Assembly: GCA_050298055.1 (NCBI GenBank)
Contig: JBNKTL010000056.1
Coordinates: forward strand, 1-31,854
From: Spirochaetota bacterium
Lineage (GTDB): Bacteria; Spirochaetota; UBA4802; UBA5550
Reading direction: 5' to 3'
DNA length: 31,854 nt
Shown: positions 27,429-31,854 of the stretch, piece after piece
Numbering within the stretch: position 1 is the stretch's first letter
How the letters are laid out: each line of letters begins with the position of its first letter
Position numbers and translations under genes: made by a program
The notes under the pieces: generated by a model
Seen by the model: the letters and a program-made list of their open reading frames with translations, nothing else
Told to the model about the DNA's origin: nothing
Database searches by the model: none

Positions 27429-27656
27429 TTAGATGAGATCATCCAGGTGTTTTTCCCATTCATAGGTGACCGCTTCCTCTTTTCTCTCTTCATCTTCAAA
27501 GTCATCGATATTCTTATCTACATACTCTCCAAGCAGTTGAGAGAGTCTCTCAATTTCAGCGGTTATTTCCCCGGTTGGTTTTTCATCAGTCAGTTCGCCC
27601 ACTTTCTTTAAAACTTCCCGGTACTGTTCTTCAGTTTCTATTTTCTTAATATCCAT
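27429..27656 (-). CDS. Small acidic protein resembling the N-terminal domain of E. coli-type HigA, without HTH
   Basis: MDIKKIETEEQYREVLKKVGEL.D.KP......EIERLSQLLGEY pattern; GAGGAG RBS. Confidence 0.6.
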   Translation of the reverse strand: MDIKKIETEEQYREVLKKVGELTDEKPTGEITAEIERLSQLLGEYVDKNIDDFEDEERKEEAVTYEWEKHLDDLI

Positions 27657-27762
27657 CTTTCTTCTCCTCTTAATAACGGGAACCGCAAAGGCGCCGGAAG
27701 CGCATATAACAGAATTATTTCAAACCCATATGATTAAACAACAGTTGACGTATACATGGATC

Positions 27763-28398
27763 TTATTTATCTCTGACCATCAGGCCACCCAGCAGTTCGG
27801 TATTCTCTCTCACAATTCGGGAGATAGACCGTATGAGATAAAAACCGAACTGAGGGTTCTGGTAATAGAGTTCAAGGACCTTGTCCCTGTGGATGTGGTA
27901 AATGACCGACTCCCCCCGGGAGACTGCCGTTGCGGCGCGCCTGTTATCGGGGGCGAATATTCCCACCTCTCCCAGAACAGATCCCGCGGAAAGGACCTTT
28001 TCAACTTCGGGAAGATAGATGCTCCCCTCCTGGATAAAATATATCCTGTCGGCAAAATCGTCCCTGTTAAAAAGAACATCCCCGTCCCCGTAGAGACTTT
28101 TGCTCATGTAGGGAATGAGATACTCCGCGTTCTCATCACCCTTTGATGCCTCCTGTACCTTCTTTATCAGGCTTTTCATCTGGTAAAACCTCACGATATT
28201 CAGGGGAAGGAGCATCATGTGAAGTAGAAAAATCGGGTAAACCTTACCGAAGATCCCGAACCTGAGACCAAGCAGGGCGTAGAATATAAATACCAGGTTG
28301 CTCACCATGGCAATAACGCGCAGGGGTATCATTGTTTTCATAAAAAAAGATAAGAAAACGAACAGTGACGCAATCCATGCAACAACTTCCATTACCAT
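27763..28398 (-). CDS. Membrane protein with C-terminal cyclic-nucleotide-binding domain (no HTH)
   Basis: 2-3 TM N-terminus (MKTMIPLR...SN..FI.Y), then LFNRDD.AD.IYFIQEG...LGEVGIF....RAATA. Confidence 0.9.
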   Translation of the reverse strand: MVMEVVAWIASLFVFLSFFMKTMIPLRVIAMVSNLVFIFYALLGLRFGIFGKVYPIFLLHMMLLPLNIVRFYQMKSLIKKVQEASKGDENAEYLIPYMSKSLYGDGDVLFNRDDFADRIYFIQEGSIYLPEVEKVLSAGSVLGEVGIFAPDNRRAATAVSRGESVIYHIHRDKVLELYYQNPQFGFYLIRSISRIVRENTELLGGLMVRDK

Positions 28399-28408
28399 AA
28401 ACCGCTCC

Positions 28409-29752
28409 CTAGACCCGGCTCTCTCCCCCTCCCAGCTTCTCTTTCAATATGTCTCCCAGCCTGAAAATCTGGGACAGGCAGATCGCCAGAATAGTTGAAA
28501 GGGTCATGGAAGAAGTAAATATGGGCTTTAAGCTTGCTGGGAGATAATCGTAGAGATTTGGAAGGATATCAACGCTCAGGCCGAAGATAACCGATACGCC
28601 CACAACAAAAATTTTCTGAATATCAATTTCAACGGAAACAAGTATCTGGATACCGGCGATGATCATGTATGAGGTAACAAAGATCAGGATTGCACCCATG
28701 ACCGGTTTCGGCATGATGGAGAAGAGGGCTGATATTTTCGGCAGGCATGCGAAAACAATAAAAAGGCCGCCGGCTGTTATCCCGATATACCTGCTTGTTG
28801 CCCCGGTTGCCGCGGACACACCAACATTACTGGAAGAAGTGCCCACGCCCAGGCCTCCCAGTGTCCCGGAAACAAGTGTCCCGATCCCCCCTGCCAGAAG
28901 CCCGTTGCTGATACTCCTCATCTCCGGCTCCTGCCATTCATCGTGGTTGATCTTCTGACAGGTGATCATGTCCCCGATTGCCTTGATACTCGTACAGAGT
29001 GCCGCTATAATAAAAGGAGCAATAAGCGATGTATCGAATTTGAATCCCCCGTGAATGACATTGGGTATGGCGAACCACCCGGAATCAGAGAGCTTTTGCA
29101 GGTCCACGCCTGTCATGATCCCCGTAAAGTATGCCAGGAAATAGCCTGTAACCATCCCGATGAAGACACAGTAGACCCGCAGAGGCCCCTTCCCCCAGAC
29201 ATTGAGTCCTATCATGATGGAGAGGGTAATGATCCCTACAATCACATCGGGCATTTCGAAAAGCGCTTCGTCCGTTTCAATTCCCAGGAAGTTTGATGCC
29301 CCCAGGGGGATCAGCGCAACGCCAACCATGAGAACAACAACCCCGGTGACCTCGGCGGGAAAGAGAAACCTCAGTCTTCTTACGAGCCGTGAGAAAAGAG
29401 ACTCAAAAAAACCGGCAAAAACACTCATCCCCGCAAGGAGGGGAAGCCCGCCCAGCCACGCCGCCTTCATGGACGCGGAAAAATAGGGGACACCGGACAG
29501 GTAAGGAATGAGATACCCCGAACCCACAGGTCCCCGCAGAAACTGGAGTATGGTTGTGAGTCCCGCTGCAATCATTGTAAGGCTGACCACATTCTGTATC
29601 ATCTCCTGTGAACCTCCGATCTCGCTGATAATAACGACCGGAAGTATCAGTGTGCTGGACATTACAAAGGTATGCTGGAGTCCCGCCAGGAGACTTACCA
29701 TGAGCGGAGGTTTCTGGTTAACGCTGTAAATTAAGTTATCAGATATTGCCAT
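28409..29752 (-). CDS. NCS2/NAT-family nucleobase permease (UraA/XanP-like)
   Basis: KPP...LAGLQH, GSGYL, FP..VTG.V, NAT-like motif SSSNVGVSAATGATSR, P.PVMGA. Confidence 0.93.
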   Translation of the reverse strand: MAISDNLIYSVNQKPPLMVSLLAGLQHTFVMSSTLILPVVIISEIGGSQEMIQNVVSLTMIAAGLTTILQFLRGPVGSGYLIPYLSGVPYFSASMKAAWLGGLPLLAGMSVFAGFFESLFSRLVRRLRFLFPAEVTGVVVLMVGVALIPLGASNFLGIETDEALFEMPDVIVGIITLSIMIGLNVWGKGPLRVYCVFIGMVTGYFLAYFTGIMTGVDLQKLSDSGWFAIPNVIHGGFKFDTSLIAPFIIAALCTSIKAIGDMITCQKINHDEWQEPEMRSISNGLLAGGIGTLVSGTLGGLGVGTSSSNVGVSAATGATSRYIGITAGGLFIVFACLPKISALFSIMPKPVMGAILIFVTSYMIIAGIQILVSVEIDIQKIFVVGVSVIFGLSVDILPNLYDYLPASLKPIFTSSMTLSTILAICLSQIFRLGDILKEKLGGGESRV

Positions 29753-29755
29753 GTT

Positions 29756-30643
29756 CTACCTCATCCAAATTGGTTTTGCAGGGAAAAAGTCCGCCCCGAT
29801 AATATACCTGCTGCTACCCACTGTTATAGCTCTCAGGTACGCAAGTTTTTTTGAAGGTTTGACGTCACCGGGCTTTGGCCGGAGATATGAGACCCACGCG
29901 CGGTCTCTGCCTTTGATCCTTTCTATCATGTAACGGATGATTTTATATTTCAAAAGGCTCCGTCCTTCAAGCGAAGGAAACGCCGGGTCAACTACCGCCG
30001 TACCGTCGTCCTTGAAGACAAAAATATAAGATTCCCTGAATGCATAGGGATTGGAATCGTCCCGGAACTCCTTAAATGCCTTTTCACCCTTCTTCCGGAC
30101 CAGGTCGACCGCATCATCCACCATCTCAATGATAAACTGCTTTTCCGTCCTGATATTGTAGACACCGGTCCCCACAAATACTTCCGTGCCGTCGGGCATT
30201 ACCGCCTTCTTCACATAACCGCTCTTCCATGTGGGAATAAACTCCCCGGGCCGTGTCCACATGTAATGGGTCCAGCCTCCCCCTTTACGGGCTTTCCAGA
30301 TAAGGTGCTGGATCAGGGGACGGCCATTGATGTCCTTGAGATTGTAGAGGTTCTTCCCTTCAAGGTGTTTCAGTACCGGGTGAAAAATATTGACCCCATC
30401 CATGGTATAGATAAAGAGATACATCTCACCCTTAAACCACTTGCTCCCCTTGACCCTGAACTGGGGAAAAGCCTTTCTCCCTTTCTTTTCTATCTCAACA
30501 ACAGCAGCTTCAAGCATTGCCACGACCCGTTTGGTCCTTCTGTAGGTATAGACCGGTTCTCCCGATGCAAGCTCAGATGAAAACATCACGGTGAGAATTA
30601 TAACTGGCAGCAGAGATCCCGGTATTCGACTAATTCTTTTCAT
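29756..30643 (-). CDS. Stand-alone exported protein with two tandem single-Cache domains
   Basis: Signal peptide; two repeats of A...+.KKG.KAF..FR......Y+F+....G......P....LEG......W..Y...+PG. Confidence 0.88.
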   Translation of the reverse strand: MKRISRIPGSLLPVIILTVMFSSELASGEPVYTYRRTKRVVAMLEAAVVEIEKKGRKAFPQFRVKGSKWFKGEMYLFIYTMDGVNIFHPVLKHLEGKNLYNLKDINGRPLIQHLIWKARKGGGWTHYMWTRPGEFIPTWKSGYVKKAVMPDGTEVFVGTGVYNIRTEKQFIIEMVDDAVDLVRKKGEKAFKEFRDDSNPYAFRESYIFVFKDDGTAVVDPAFPSLEGRSLLKYKIIRYMIERIKGRDRAWVSYLRPKPGDVKPSKKLAYLRAITVGSSRYIIGADFFPAKPIWMR

Positions 30644-30770
30644 AAAGAAACTCCGGCGGAAGTAAATTTTTATTGTAAAGTCAATATTGATATTTATAGA
30701 TCCTCTTAATTTTTCAACAGTTTTTTCCTTTTTTATTGGGAACCCGGGCAGGTACTCAAAAGTATCTGCT

Positions 30771-31529
30771 TTATCTATAGCAAAGATATTGACTTATCCT
30801 CTCCAGGTATTTCGCTTTCCTTATTCTGAATCTCTTTGAAAACCTGTAAATAATGATATATAAGAGTGCATGGATTCCGTCTATCAGCCTTATCTTTTTC
30901 CCACTGAGAATCGTTCTCCCGTTGTATGAGATGGGGACCTCGGCAACCCTTATGGGAAGCCTTGAGATCATGGCTGTTATCTCAATCTCCATTCCGAATC
31001 CGCGGCTTTCAAGCTCCATGTTTTTAATTATGGGGGCCCTGAATGCCTTGTAGCATGTCTCAACATCGCTGATATCTATCCTGAAAAACAGGTTTGCCAG
31101 GAACGAGAGGAATTTATTGGCCCTGTAATTACTCCGGTAGGGGAAATTGGCCCTTTTCATATCAATAAACCGGCTCCCATAGACTACATCAGCTTTCCCC
31201 TCTCTTATGGGCCTTACAACAGATTCTATGTCGGAGGGATCGTATTCCAGGTCCGCATCCTGAATGATGACCACATCACCCTCAATAAGCTGCCTGGCCC
31301 TGTTTATTGCCGCGGTTTTTCCGAAATTTTTATGGAGCTTTAAATATTTTATTTTTTCCGACGGGTAGCTCCTGACAATCTCCGAACTTCTGTCTGTGGA
31401 ACAGTCATCCACGACAATAACCTCATAGACGTTTTCGATAGCATGAAGTTTCTCCAGCACCTCTCCAATGGTTTCCTCTTCATTGTAGAGAGGGATAAGA
31501 ATAGTTAATTTTTTTGTAAATTTTTTCAT
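30771..31529 (-). CDS. GT2 glycosyltransferase, DPM1-like (polyprenol-phosphate glycosyltransferase)
   Basis: LIPLYNEE, VVDDCSTD, IIQDADLEYDP, VVYGSRF, DVETCYK, FGMEIEIT, EVPISY.GR. Confidence 0.95.
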   Translation of the reverse strand: MKKFTKKLTILIPLYNEEETIGEVLEKLHAIENVYEVIVVDDCSTDRSSEIVRSYPSEKIKYLKLHKNFGKTAAINRARQLIEGDVVIIQDADLEYDPSDIESVVRPIREGKADVVYGSRFIDMKRANFPYRSNYRANKFLSFLANLFFRIDISDVETCYKAFRAPIIKNMELESRGFGMEIEITAMISRLPIRVAEVPISYNGRTILSGKKIRLIDGIHALLYIIIYRFSKRFRIRKAKYLERISQYLCYR

Positions 31530-31689
31530 CTCTATTATTTCTTATTCATACAACCGGGTCATTACCGCTATTTTATAGAAAGAGAATATTATTCCAGGAA
31601 ATTTTTTCAGGCAATAGTTTTTTAAATTTTCTTAAAACAATTCAAACTTAGTATATAAATAATCATATTCAATAAAAATGATAACTGGG

Positions 31690-31720
31690 ATGTCCCCGCC
31701 GCCGAAGGAGGCGGGGACAT
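31690..31720. other. Perfect 11-bp GC-rich hairpin in an AT-rich intergenic region (terminator-like or REP-like)
   Basis: atgtccccgcc-9 nt-ggcggggacat; no clear U tract. Confidence 0.55.
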
Positions 31721-31854
31721 ATTACAGATATTTTATTAAATTTATTTTGTTACACAGCTGAGTTGTTACATTTTCTTATTGATTATTATCCCGAATAAGG
31801 TTATTTTCTTCTTGATATTTCCGGGAGTATAAAATTATTTATATTTAACTATGA

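Noticed and set aside
1..31854. CRISPR array, rRNA or intact IS element
   Set aside because: No regularly spaced repeats, rRNA-like sequence or transposase motifs seen

Overview
Bacterial chromosomal window, low-to-moderate GC, from a diderm (FadL-type outer-membrane protein) and probably anaerobic organism; a spirochaete-like host is a guess from gene content only. Left end: a FadL/OmpP1 porin and an acetylene-hydratase-family Mo/W enzyme. Next is a decayed island beside tRNA-Arg(TCT)/tRNA-Pro(TGG), holding a broken tyrosine integrase, an Fe-ADH fragment, and a radical SAM/SPASM-twitch gene preceded by an unannotated 44-aa YxxPxL peptide. The middle carries RsbV/RsbW-like partner-switch genes, arsC, a PAS-GGDEF-EAL protein, an ABC exporter and a GlpC-like Fe-S protein. 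The best candidate for an undescribed system is 15257-18033: two divergent, apparently Ku-like genes in an operon with an ATP-dependent DNA ligase that has a WGR-like C-terminus, followed by a DinB-family gene. This is a possible heterodimeric-Ku end-joining module. Further right are a complementary pair of class III cyclase half-enzymes, a hybrid histidine kinase with a small paralogous membrane partner, a decayed arsR-arsP operon, higBA with a frameshifted toxin, tesB, a Cache/NCS2/cNMP operon and a GT2 glycosyltransferase. All family calls come from motif recognition by eye; no searches were run.
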